64,000 nt of DNA, from the NCBI RefSeq assembly GCF_001447785.1, contig NW_015170276.1:79280-143279 (forward strand), read 5' to 3'. Below, in pieces: positions 38,213 through 50,819 of this stretch (position 1 is the first letter of the stretch; every line of letters starts with the position of its first letter). The translations under genes and the position numbers were made by a program. Source of the DNA: Gekko japonicus (lineage: Eukaryota). Below the pieces are notes generated by a model. That model was not told the DNA's origin and did no database searches. It saw only the letters and a list, made by a program, of their open reading frames with translations.

Positions 38213-38335
38213 TTGTTGTTCAGTCACACAGTCGAGTCCGACTCTTCGCGACCCCATGGACCAGATCACGCCAGGCCTTCCTGTCTTCCGCCGTCCTCTG
38301 AAGTTTGGTCAATTTCATGTTCATTGCATCTATGA
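38213..38335 (-). mobile_element. BovB 3' end fragment
   Basis: ttgttgttcagtc...gagtccgactcttcgcgaccccatggac is the BovB/RTE 3' terminus in reverse. Confidence 0.8.
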
Positions 38336-40729
38336 TAGAGGCTTAATGGGATATTATTTACCAGGTGATGATGTTTACTGCACCTGCACCTTTCCTTACA
38401 TTAAGCCCTATTAAAAGGCCAGACCATTTTTCTCCAGGCTTGCTGGCAACCCTATCTTCATCCTGTGAAATAGCAAGCTGTATTATGGTGCCTTTGTCCA
38501 TGTACACACATTTACATATGCCTATACTAAAAATAAAATACATGTGCCTCCCCCACTCAGATTCAACTTTTAGTCACCTGGTGGAGGGGGCTGCAGCAAC
38601 AGAATGAATGGCTACTCTAGAAATTTGCAATGACAAGATTTTCAAAAAGCAGCCCAAACACTCTCCCAATTTACAGTGCAGTGGTTTAGCAGGGACAGGT
38701 ACCAGAAAACTGGGTAAACTGGGATAGTTGGAGACTATGAAGTTTTATAGAGTGGGGCCAGATCTACTTTACCTGCAGTCTTTAGGTGAATTAAGGAGAG
38801 CACACAACAAATGAACTGGGACTGAAATTCTGCAATACTGGTACTCTCAAAATGATCTGATAACTAAAATAATGTCATTTCTAAAGAACACAGATCAGCA
38901 AAGCTTTGCACAGCGTATTTATGAGCGTCTGTCAGCAGGTACCTAACATTCTGAAATTACTCTTTCATCATGTTCCTAACTTGGAGTTCCTTACTCCCAC
39001 ATTGGTACAAATCTCCCCATGCCTTTTCATTTCAGTTGTTCCTGAACAATTGGGTTTGATTGACTTCACTCCCGGTACAAAAGAATCAGCTCAACTATTC
39101 TGTGATACGTCACAGCAAATTATAATCCAATCCATATTTCTACTTAATAAGGTGCCGTTTACTGGAGGAAGCTATTTACATCTTGCTGGGTATTAAATTA
39201 TCTCCTGAAAATGTCTGCTAAAATACTTCTTTTGGTGACAGTAAATGCAGGCTTTGAAAGCTTGTATGCTGTTAGCCAGTAAAAAAAAAAATCTTGCTTT
39301 CATTTTCTGGGGCTTTAGTATAACTGGCAGTCTGATCCACTCAAATTGCATTCATTGCTGGTAAACTCTAACCCAGTTTGGGTTAAATAAATATGTGCTG
39401 GGGCCGTGTGTGATGTTTCCAAAGCGCCAAGCAAAAGGGGAATACGATCACATTAGGTTTATGTCCTTCAGGTCCCTCACTTTTCATTGTGATACATATA
39501 TTCAAGAGACTGCTTGAAAATGGATTAGTTATCTTCCAGTGTCATTTACAGTCCAGTCCTAGCATAATCCCCATAACATCTTCACAATATTGTCAGAATG
39601 TTAGACCAATGTAACACCGAAACTAGTGCAACTCCACTGGTTTTGGGAGCAGAATAATGTGGGGTGTACCATGGGGGGTGCAAGACTTAATTGGGATACT
39701 ACACACTCTCTGCTCAAAATCTCAGTGCTGGCATAGTGTCATGCCAGCAAAAGAGGGCATAAATTAAAATACTCTAATTAATCTCAGTGTGAGGAAAAAT
39801 ACATACCTGTCATGCACAGCTTCTACCCCAGTCATGATGGAGCAAAATACCCCCTCCCTGAAAAACCCTGCAACCAACCACCTCAGCTATAGTAGTGTAC
39901 AAATCCAAAGTTTATAACAAAAACAGCATAGTGCTAATGCATAGGGAGGCATGGCTAATCAAAACGATTGGCAGTCTGATGCAGTCAATCAGGACAAGTG
40001 GTCTATCCCCACTGCTTCATTCAGATGGTGCAAAACTGCAGATGTGCCAGTATCTGTAGGTATGAACCAGGAGCCTCTGGCATGCGAAACATGTGCTGTT
40101 CCTGAGTGCTTGGGCTTTCACCTTTTTGCTGTTGATATGGATGTCGCTAGCCAGAAGGTGGGTTTTGCACTATTCTCACCTTTCCCCCCAAGTAACATCC
40201 AAAATCCTGACTCCTATTTTCCTTCTCAGTACTTTGTCCCAGTGTGCTTTCAGGGAAGATGATAGGGAGGCAGTTGCAGCTTCTCTTATTGCTTGGCACT
40301 TTGCATGAGCAAGGGAGCACTTTCCACAAGCAGCCTAGGCTGATAAGAAACAGAAAAAGCATTTGTTAGTTCTTGCAGGACTCTGTCTCAGGATACAACC
40401 CCCTAACAGGGACATCTCCTCTCCAGCAGGGAATGTTTACCATGCTGGTGAGCAAGGGACAGAGTTTATATGACTCCAAGTTTGAATGTTCTCCCATTCC
40501 TCCACCCCAAATATTAGCGATTGCATAGTGAGTGAACAGCCCTGACCCTCTCGACAGCTGCTAGCAGTGTCTCTGAGACAAAGGCATAGGATAACCAGCA
40601 CTCTGTGCAGTTAAGCTTCCACCTTGCATCGAGGACTGCAATGTGGAACATATCTACCTTTCTCGTTGGCTGTTGCTACTGCTAGCCAGTTGTTCATGGC
40701 ATATTATATGTAGCAAGATCACAACATGG

Positions 40730-41428
40730 CAGGTGGGAGCACATCAAGCCTGGGCTGAAGGCGCTGCACTGGCTGCCAATAGTATACCGGATCCGCTTCA
40801 AAGTGCTGGTACTTACCTTTAAAGCCCTATATGGCCTGGGTCCGACCTACCTGAGGGACCGCCTTTCCCCACACGTACCCCCAAGAGCACTTCGGTCGGG
40901 GACCCAGAACCGTTTAGTGATTCTGGGTCCCCGAGAGGTAAAGCTTGCAGTGACAAGGGCTAGAGCTTTCTCAGTGGCGGCCCCTACCTGGTGGAATTAG
41001 CTCCCGGAAGAGATCAGGGCCCTGTGGGACCTTGTGCAGTTCCGCAGGGCCTGTAAAACGGAGCTCTTCCACCAGGCCTATATGTAGGGGCCGCCGCTGC
41101 CACCACCACCGATGGTGGCAATACCATCGGGAACTGCCCTTGGTAGCCTCTGTGGCAATGAGATCTACGCAGTAATGAGAATAATGGATTGGCATGAACC
41201 ATCTACGGGGCAGTGGTATCCAATGGGGCTGCTGGAAGAAACCATCACAACCATCTAAGGCCATCTCGATACTGAAAGCACTTTATTGTTGTTAGTACTG
41301 TTACTGTTTATGATTTTATTGTTTTACTGGATTTTATGTATGGGCCTGTGCCCTCTGTAAGCCGCCCTGAGCCTGCTTGCGGGGAGGGCGGGGTAGATAT
41401 GTCTAAATAAATAAAAAATAAAAAATAA
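40730..41428 (+). mobile_element. 5'-truncated L2 LINE
   Basis: LHWLP..YRIRFKVLVLTFKALYGLGPTYLRDRL; (aaat)n tail; possible 7-bp TSD aacatgg. Confidence 0.9.
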
Positions 41429-41914
41429 AACATGGAACTGCACAAGCCAAAAGTGCAAGGGAGTGGTATTTTCTCAGTGACCACTATCTTCCTAACAGGT
41501 GAAACCCAAAGTGAAGTCAACAGGAGAAGAAAAAAGCACAGGAACTGGAAGAACATCTAGGGGCCCCCACTTTCTCACCACCATCTACTGAAGGCCATGT
41601 ATCTTTTTCCTTCTTGACATCTGCCAAGTTACCCTCTCCTTCAGCTTGTGCAACAAACAGGCAAGCAAGCTCAACCCTGCCCAGAAGCTTCATGGGATTT
41701 GTTTTGTCTCGGGGAACTCCAGCTTTCCCGGTAGGAATCTATCACTGGTGTCTAACTCTCTTAAAAGCTTGGGGTGGCTCCACCTTCGGCTGCCACCACC
41801 TTCTGGAACTAGCTTCTCTCATCAGTTGGATTCCAGGTGTGACTTCAAATAGGGCTAGTTGCTAACATGGGCACTGCAAGGCAGGCTAGTAGGTAGGAAT
41901 TCAAGGCAGTCTAT

Positions 41915-42055
41915 GGCTGTGATCACACACACTAAATAATCCACTTTCAATGCCCTTTCCAACTGGATTTTGTCAGTTCACTCAGTAAAAACCAGTTGGG
42001 AAGTGCATTGAAACTTGCATTGAAAGTGGATTATTTATTGTGTGTGATCACAGCC
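41915..42055. mobile_element. 141-bp near-palindromic MITE (Harbinger-like)
   Basis: Arms ggctgtgatcacacacactaaataatccactttcaatg / cattgaaagtggattatttattgtgtgtgatcacagcc; 3-bp TAT TSD. Confidence 0.8.
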
Positions 42056-42560
42056 TATCTCTTAAACAATATAAATCTTTATTGCACTACCAATATCTCA
42101 AAAAGATATACAACCTACAAAAATGAAGGTTCAAATTCTAAGAAAGAAAATAAAACAGAGAAAGATTTCTAGCCTAACTACAGTTACTTGGAATTTGCTG
42201 TCTTCTCCCCCATCAGGCTGAAGCAAATGGGTGTAGACAGCAGCCAATGGTCCACTGTTACATCAGCGGGATTCATTGTTTTCCCTGCAGGATGCAAAAA
42301 AGGGTGATGGACTTTTCCCAGCCTGGCTGCCTCCATCAACATTGATTCATCTTTATTAATGTCAACCCAAACTAAGATGAAACTGTTTCCGCTGCTCTGC
42401 TGTTTACACCTTGGAAGTAATACTACTGATCTACTTTACAGGGTTGTTGTAAGGATTACAGGATGATGGCCTATATTCAAACACATTACTAAGAAACATT
42501 AAGTACCTGTTTCTTAAAAGGGGCAGCAGTGATCCCCCTCTTCTGTAGCAGTCTACTGGA

Positions 42561-42778
42561 TAGGGTTGCCAACTCACGGCTGGGGAACTCCTGGAGATTT
42601 GGGTAGAGGATCCTGGGAAGGGCAGGGTTTGGGGAGTAGAGGGACCTCAGCAGGGTATAATGCCATACAGTACAACCTCCAAAACAGCCATTTACTCCCA
42701 GGAAACTGACATCCGTTGTTCAGAGATCAGTTGTAATTCTGGGAGATCTCCAGGCCCCACCTGGAGGCGGTAACCCAA
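42561..42778. mobile_element. MITE-like repeat (agggttgcc TIR family)
   Basis: tagggttgccaac ... ggtaaccc termini; homologous to 3376-3593. Confidence 0.65.
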
Positions 42779-44546
42779 CTAGTGGGCCTTCCAGAATGTT
42801 GTTCCTGTGGTTAGTGGACCCTCAGTAACAGCCTAGTGGGTGTCGGGAGAGGGAGAGGGTGGAAATCGGCACAATCTTGTATACAGATATTGGCACTTTT
42901 ATTTTTTTAAAATGTGTATATATATATATATATATAAAAGTTTACAAGTAAATGGAATCCCAGCCTGAATTGCCACCTTAACATAAGCAAATGCCCAGAA
43001 ATTAAAGGAAACGGTGTGATGACTAACAATGATCCAAGATATTTCCCTGTAAGTTTTAATCATTAATGGGAACAAGTACAATCTTGCTAAACCATTAATT
43101 TGTCAAAGAAATAGTGGCTGCTTCCTGCTATTCCAAATTGCACAGATAATAATAACAACCAGGAACCGAATTGGCTAGCAGATAACTGGAAATCTAGTTT
43201 TTATAAACTCTGCTTTTTAAACAGGGTGGGAAATGAGTGGTTCAAACTTATTATTATTATTATTATTATTTTAAATGTCACGTGTGGTTGAAAACTGATT
43301 TACCGAAAGGGTATCTTAAAACACTCCACAAAATTTAGATCCAATTTAACTATGCTTGAAGACAAAGAACATGAAAATAGATCTATTGTACTCATGGGGT
43401 GAAACCGCCACACTGATGTTGCAGCTGAGGCATAAATCCAGGAAACACATTTTTTTTTGTTCCTAGAAGTGCATTGCCATGCTATTTGCATGCTTCTTGC
43501 CATGCAGGCAAGACGTAGATGAGAGTACCACACAGCCTGAAGTTCTGGTATGGATTTCAAAGTGGTCATTGAGTGGTAGGGCCATGATGCAGGTGGAGGA
43601 AGCCCCAAGAACATAAAACGACCCTGCTGGATGTAGCCTCACATTGAGTAGCCCACAGTAGCCTGATGGGTATCTCTGTGAATTACAAGCAGGGCTGTCT
43701 CTTGTTGTCCCCAGCATCTGGTATTCACTGGTATAGTTCTGCATCGATATTTTGAGTCATACCAGTGGGTAGGCTGCAAGCTGTCTATGCTGGTCTTCAG
43801 TTGCCACTCTGAAAATCCGTCAAGAAGAGTGTGGAGTTTCTGGTACATAAAAGAGACTTGATGCTATAAGTTTATTTAAGACTGATAAGCTCAAACACTC
43901 CCATTGACCTCTGCCCATAGAAAGCACAGCACTGAAACAACTTTGTTTAAAAAACAGAAACCAAATATGTGAGCAAAATCCTGTATAACAAGACTTGTCA
44001 CTTTCAGACCAGTTGCTTTGTGAAAGTTGTTAGTATCTATAAGATACTCATTTGTTTGTGTTGTTAAGGAAGCAGGCTGAATTAATAGGGGGAAATCATC
44101 ACGGCAGGCTAGAAACAAAGTTGATGCGTTCATGGAATATTAAACTCTATGCCAGTTCTGCAATATAATTCATAATTTGGGGGGGGGAAAGGCAGGATAA
44201 AAATGGATTAAAATCACTGCTGCTTATTGGCAGAGTGCTATGTGGAAAGAACAGGTGGGCAACCCACTCCTATGTTTTGGACCACATGTGTACCCTGGAG
44301 CACAATTCAATCTTTAAATCTTTACTATTCAGACCTTGAATTAAACTAAAAATGATTCAGGTTACATATGGAAGAGAGGCATGTGGAATCACCAGTTTAA
44401 AACTGTATCATCAGCCAGCTGAGCTAATGTGGTTAGCCAAGTGGGTGAGAATGGGTGATGATCCATCACTCACTTTATTTACACAATCTTTTGTAAGAAG
44501 TCCTCTGAACTAAAGGGAAAGACATGATGATGGAAGATATTTTTTT

Positions 44547-45064
44547 GCCCCGGTCACACGGAGATTTTGCCGTGCAAAAGGCATGAATGTCAGGCGGATT
44601 TTCGGGGCGTGATCACCACATCTAGGAAGCATAGCGCACCCGTGGTCAACCCGTGGCATCCCGCCAAAGATGTGGAATTAAAAAGTACCAAGGAAAGTGC
44701 ACTAGTATCCGGAAAGCGCATGGCACAGGCGGGCTTCTGATTGCGGGACCGCTAGTATCCTGTGGCATCCGGTACGTCCACGTCCTGTCGCAAACCGGAT
44801 GTTTTTTATAAGCACATGCGCACAAACACAAAACTGAAAGTAGTGCTGCTCTGCGGAACTGCGCATGTGCACAAATGCTAAATGCTTGTGTGATTGCGCT
44901 GTGCCGCTTCCTTGCCATGCTGCAGCATTGCCATGTGATTGCCAGCTAACAGCCTAAGCACGGAGACTCGGGGGACCGTGTGATTGGGCTACCATGCTTT
45001 ATTTTCCTCCGGGGCGAACAGCCATGCCTCCCCCGTGCGTAATCTGGCCAGTGTGACCGGGGCC
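44547..45064. mobile_element. CpG-rich PIF/Harbinger-like MITE
   Basis: TIR gccccggtcacac ... gtgtgaccggggc. Confidence 0.75.
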
Positions 45065-46009
45065 TTCATTGTTTTAAATACTCTGCTACAAAATATGGTT
45101 GAAATACCGCAGTAAGATTTCACCATCCACATTCCCTTTTGGCATCAGCAGTGAAACACACCGATTACAATCTTGCTCAATATTCAAGTAGCTGTAATTT
45201 GTGGGAGAAGTACAGTTTACCTTGTTAGAAAGATCTGATAACTCAAGTTAATGGTCTGTATCCAACCAACCATGAACAGAGCTCTCCTCATGTAACTGGA
45301 CTGCCCTGCCTCCCACTGCTGTCGCAGTCCCCCAGTGCGCTGGGCACAACGCAGAAGTCTGCTGCAGGAGAAGGGAATAAGGGGAAATGGGCTTCCCTCC
45401 ACCAGAAGAAGTGCCTTGTGTCCATGGAAAGCACCCGTTGCATGAGACAAAAGGTAATTTCTTATGCAGAAGTTTCTGTAGAAAGTCCGCAAAAAAATAA
45501 TCCCATTTTTCAGTATTTCCTAGTAAGAAACTTTCTTCCAACTAAAACAAGAAAAAGGAATATGGAAGAACCACGGACTGCTTTCTAAAATATATTACAT
45601 ATTAATATGCTAAGTGATTGTGCCTAAGAAGGGTTACAGCACAATCCTAGCTGGGGCAGGGTGTGTGAGATTGCTCAGGGAGCCAACTAGCCTCTGTATT
45701 GGCGTATCTCACAAATATACTGGCTTTAGTAGTAGTTGTGCTGGCACAGCCCCCTGGTGCTGCTATGCCAGTCCTACCCACTGGTACAGTCCTGCCATGA
45801 TGGGCCAGTGGTGGACTGGTGGCACAGACCTCCACACCAGCATGGCAGTGGGATGGCTGGGGTGTGTGGCAGGAGTTAGTCAGTTCCCTATCCTGCTCCA
45901 GCTTGTGAATACCCCCTGCTACTGGCAGAACGTTATGCCATAAAAAAATACAGCATAGCCCATAGGAGCCCATGTAAAGCAAAAATCCAGCTGCCTCCCC
46001 ATTGGTGTG

Positions 46010-46681
46010 GCCCCACCTGAAGGCCTCGACAAAGCACAGGATGCACTGGTTGCCAATAGCGTACTGGATTCGCTTCAAAGTGCTGGTTCTTACCTATAAA
46101 GACCTACATGGCCTGGGTCCAACCTACCTGAGGGACCGCCTTTCCCTGCATGTTCCCCCAAGAGCACTACGGTCAGGGGCCCAAAATTTACTAGCTATCC
46201 CGGGCTCCAGGGATGTCAAACTGGCCGCCACTAGGGCCAGGGCTTTTTCGGTGGCGGCTTCTACCTGGTGGAATGAGCTCCCGGGGGAGATCCGGGCCCT
46301 GCAGGATCTTATGCAGTTCCACAGGGCCTGCAAGATGGAGCTCTTCCACCAGGCTTTGGAGTAGGAGCCGCCGCCACCACTATACCACCATTGCTGTGGG
46401 TGGGAAGAGGCCCTGAGAAAAACACCTGAACCTGAACATGAATGGAGCCTTAAACCGTCTACCAGGAACTTCGGGCATACGTTCTGTCATCTTTGGACTC
46501 TGAAGACACTGAGCACTTTGTTTAAATTAGGATTTTTAAATATGTATTGTATGTTTTTAAATTATACGTATATTGTGTTTTATCATGGCAAGGCTTTGCC
46601 TGGCCCCTGTAAGCCGTCCTGAGCCCACGGGGAGGGCGGGGTATAAATACGAAAAATAAATAAATAAATAAATAAATAAAT
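46010..46681 (+). mobile_element. 5'-truncated L2 LINE
   Basis: ORF 46002-46364 HWLPIAYWIRFKVLVLTYK...RAFSVAASTWWNELP; (aaat)n tail. Confidence 0.9.
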
Positions 46682-49464
46682 ACAGCCATACCCAACCCTC
46701 TCCCCAGGAGCAGCCAACCCCCCTCCCCAGCACTCAGTCACTGGCCCCCAGTCCTACATAACCTCCTGGCAGGATACCCTCTAACTCATTAGGTAGGGTA
46801 CGCAGCACATGACTATGTCTCAGAGCTCCCTGCAATGTAGACTTACAGTGTGCAACATTGCATTTTGGTGGTGGGAAAAGCACAGAGTGGACACTTGATA
46901 CTAGTTGGCAAGCACTTATCAATGACACCCAAGAGGGGCAGCAAAGTCCACATTGTGTGACTAACATCTCTCACTGCAGAACCCCAACAGGGCTCCAGAG
47001 GCTCAACTCAAAGGGGCAACCACAGACTGGCAGGTAAGCAAGGGATGGGAAATGTCCCAGCTGTCCACATCTGTCTCCCCTATTTCCCTCACCTGAGGCT
47101 GGGCACTACCCCCCAATTCTGGCTTCCATAACTGAGGCCAGTGGGTTGGTGTGAGGGTGGCCCAGGTCATGCAATGGGGCAGACTACCAGGCAATTGTAA
47201 CCAGAAGAGCAGCCTGTGATGGGGGGGGGGGGTACTGGGCTGCTGATATTGTTCCTTGACGGGACCTCCCCTTTGGTGGAGGACAAGGTGCAACTGTGAG
47301 TCAGGGTGCTTGGGAGCTGCCCCACTGTACACTGGATCAGCTGGCCAAGCAACCCTGGAACTCAGTCCCTTGCAGGATCAGAGCCCTATGCAGCTGCCGC
47401 CACAGTAGAACTACACCAATCTTTTGTAGTTGCTGAGCACTCCCTCCCAGGATGGATAAGTGTCATTTGGAAGGAAACAGCATCTGTCTTGGGGTGGGGG
47501 ATGTCTCATGGAAAATCCCCCCCATGATAGGATAGGACTGTGGACCTTGCCAGGGCGCTGCAGACATGACTGAGCCCAGCATGGCACCTGTATGGTTTGG
47601 TATCACTCTGCATGTCTCCTGCTTTCCCGCAAGTGGGGATTCACCAGGGAGACCTGCCACATGACTTTACTGCTCCCCCCCACTCTACTCAGTCTCTGAT
47701 TCCAGCCTGCCTCCTGTCAGCTGGAGATCAGTTGTAAAGGCGGGAGATCCCCAGGCAACCCTAAGGTGAGACCTGGAGAGCTCTTGCTGTTACAATTGAT
47801 CTCCAGATGACAGAGATCAGTTCCCCTGGTGAAAATGGCTGCTTTGGAGGGTAGACCCTATGCCATTATCCCCTGCTGAGTCCTTCTATTCCCCCCCCAA
47901 TGCTGCCCTCCATAGGATCCACCTCTCCAGGTATTTCCATAATCAGAGGTGGCAGCTGTGCTTTCTCCTCAGTGCCTGTTGCTAGGCAACCAGGTTCTGT
48001 CACTAAAAGGCCCTTTTCACACCTATTTTGGCCTTTGGGAGAAAACTCATTGGGGCCAGTCCTGATAGAGTTGCCAACTCCAGGTGGGAAATTCCTGGAG
48101 ATTTGAGTGATGGAGCCTGGAGAGGGTGAGGTTTGAGGAGGGGTGGGACCTCAGACAGGTACAATGCCTTCAAACCAGCCATTCCCTCATGGAGAACCAT
48201 TGTTGCCAGTCTCCAGGGGAGGGATAGAGATCATGCAGAATTACAACTGCTCTTCAGATGGCAGAGATCAGTTCCCCTGGAGAACTGTGTCATTATACCC
48301 TGCTGTGGTCGCCACAGCAATCTGGCGCTGAGTGCCCAAGGCCGGGGCACTCTCCCAGAGCCTCTTTCTAGAGCTCATGGTATTTATTTCTACAATGGGC
48401 CTTATTCCTAGTCCTACATAAAATTCAGAATAAATACACTTTAAAAAGGGAGACTTACTTGTATAAGATTCAGCTGCAACTATACCAGAAGGCGGAAAGT
48501 AGCAGTGGAAGTTTTTGGATCATTAGATAACAAAAGTATGAGAGTATTACTTAGGAGGAATAGGGAGATTACAGAAAAAGGGAATGTGTTATTTGCATCT
48601 ATCTTCACTATGGAAAAAGTTGGCCAGATATTGGTATGTGAACCAAAAATTTTAGGAGGCTTAGAACTGAGTCAAATAGAGGTGATGGAAAAGTAGTTCT
48701 GGGGCTAAGTGATGTATTAAAAATTATCGGCTCATCGGATCTGGACTACATAACTGGAAAGTTTTTAAAGAAAATGAAATTGCTCTTCCTCTAACAGAAA
48801 TATGTACTTTCTTATAAATATTAGCATCTGTGTTAGAAGACTGGCAGATAGCCAACGTCCCACTGATTTTTAGAAAAAGGATCCTAAGATAACTTGGAAA
48901 TCTATATAACTTTTAGCTTAATATCTATCCTGGATAAACTGATAGAAAGTGTTATTAAAGACAGAATTTTTTTTTTTTAGCCCCCCGAAGGGGATTTTTT
49001 AATTGCATTTTTATAAACACTACAAACTACAACAGAAATAGGATAAGGGACTACATCTAGGGACAAAGTAAAGATACCCACTAATACCTAAAAACCCAAG
49101 AGAGGAGATCTTCTAATCACCTTACACAAACATCAAGTCTTAATTCCACTAATCCCCTTACAAACTGTCAGATATATCATTGTCTTTTTAAATTCTTAAA
49201 TTCAACTGTTATTAAGAAATACCCCCAAGCATCTCAATTCAACATTTTTTTTAAAGGAACATATCAGAGTCCTTCAGCCTTCACTTCTCCTTGCCCCGTC
49301 TCTTCTGCAACTTATAAGGGCTTTTAGGAGCCGCTGCCCCTTCCTCTGAAAGAGAGTCCTTTCCGGAAGAATCTGAGTTCAGCTCGCCACTGGACTTACT
49401 GTCCTCCCCTTCTTTTTCTTCCTCCTCTGGCCCTCCCAACTGGACTCTTTAAAAATTCCCAAGC

Positions 49465-50032
49465 CATATTTGGTGGAGATGTGAGAAAATACAAAAATTT
49501 TGGAAAAAAATACATAAAATTATACGAGAAGTTTTCAAACTAAATATACCTATGAAACCCGAAACATATTTATTAAACATGATCCCGGATAACATAAAAA
49601 ATCATAAGGTAATAATAATATATATATTAACAGCAGCAAGAATACTCATAGCAAGACGTTGGAAATCAAAACATATACCATCGATAAAAGAACTTAAATA
49701 CAAGATGTTAGAAATCGCAGAATTGGATAAACTGAGCCTAGAACTGAAAAACAAACCAGAGAATCTATTTTGGAAAAGATGGAAACATATATATGACTGG
49801 CTAAAATATAAAAGAAGAATTGGTGGATAAAATGCTAGTGTAAATATTATAAATTAAGAACAAATTATATGGAGATGTGTAAAAATGTGATGAACTTTTA
49901 TGTTAGATATGATAATTTGAAGCCAACAACTTTATGAAGATGTATAAATGACTAATGAATTATCATATGCTTTATACATAGAAAATATGGATTGTAAAGG
50001 TGAAAACTTGGAAAATAAATTTATATTAAAAA
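49465..50032 (+). mobile_element. 5'-truncated L1 (ORF2 C-terminus, 3'UTR, poly(A)) nested in copy B
   Basis: HIWWRC..IQKFW...TAARILIARRWK; aataaa plus A tail; 14-bp TSD aaaaattcccaagc at 49451-49464 and 50033-50046, at a TT/AAAA site. Confidence 0.9.
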
Positions 50033-50174
50033 AAAAATTCCCAAGCTTTCAGAAAAGAGTCAATCTTTTTTTTTTTATCCTTGATTTTGAAGGTGATGCA
50101 TTCTGGAGTTAGCCATCTGTATCCAATTGAATTTGTCTGAAGAAGAGAATAAGATCTTTGTATTTCTTTCGCTT

Positions 50175-50819
50175 TTACCTTATTTCAAAGGGGATGTCTT
50201 TGAGAACTCTGATGACATTTCCCCCCACTTTCAGGGGTACTCCAGATACTGCTTTCAGGATTGCATCCCTCACATGCCTCTTCGAGAATCTTACGACAAT
50301 TTCCCCAGGCAGATTATTTTTCTTTATATATCCTGAATATGACCTGTAGGCCACATCCATATCTCTTATCAGCTGTTCCGCCGTCATCTCTGTCACTGGG
50401 GTCAGTATTTCACTCATTGTTTCCTTTAGATTCTCACCCTTAGTCTCTGGCATGCCCTGGAAGTGAAGGATCATATTAGCCTTTTCCATTTGTAATTGCA
50501 GCAGTTGATCTTCTGTGGAGACTTGCTTCCTTTCCAGTTGTTTCACTTTCTTCTTCACCTTTTGTGCAGTGGCATCCACTTCTTTCACCTTCTCAGCTGT
50601 TTGATTCATCATTTTTAGAGTCTCGTTTATCTGGTCTTGCTGAGCGGTGATACATTGAGTCACTTTGGTAATCTGTTCCTTGAAGTTATTCAGCTGGTTC
50701 ATTAGGGGGTGCATGGATTCTGCCAAAGTCTTTGCCAGCTCGTTGGTTCCTTCCGGTTTTGGGCTCTCAATTCCTTTCGCTTTCAAAAGTTTATCCTTTT
50801 CTGCCCTCTTCCCCGCCAT
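50175..50819 (-). pseudogene. L1-type ORF1p (coiled coil + RRM + start of CTD), open for 214 codons before a premature stop
   Basis: Heptad-rich N-half, then NMILHFQGMPE...DVAYR...PGEIVVRF...VRDAILK...IRVLKDIP, matching the L1 ORF1 (Transposase_22) pattern. Confidence 0.85.
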
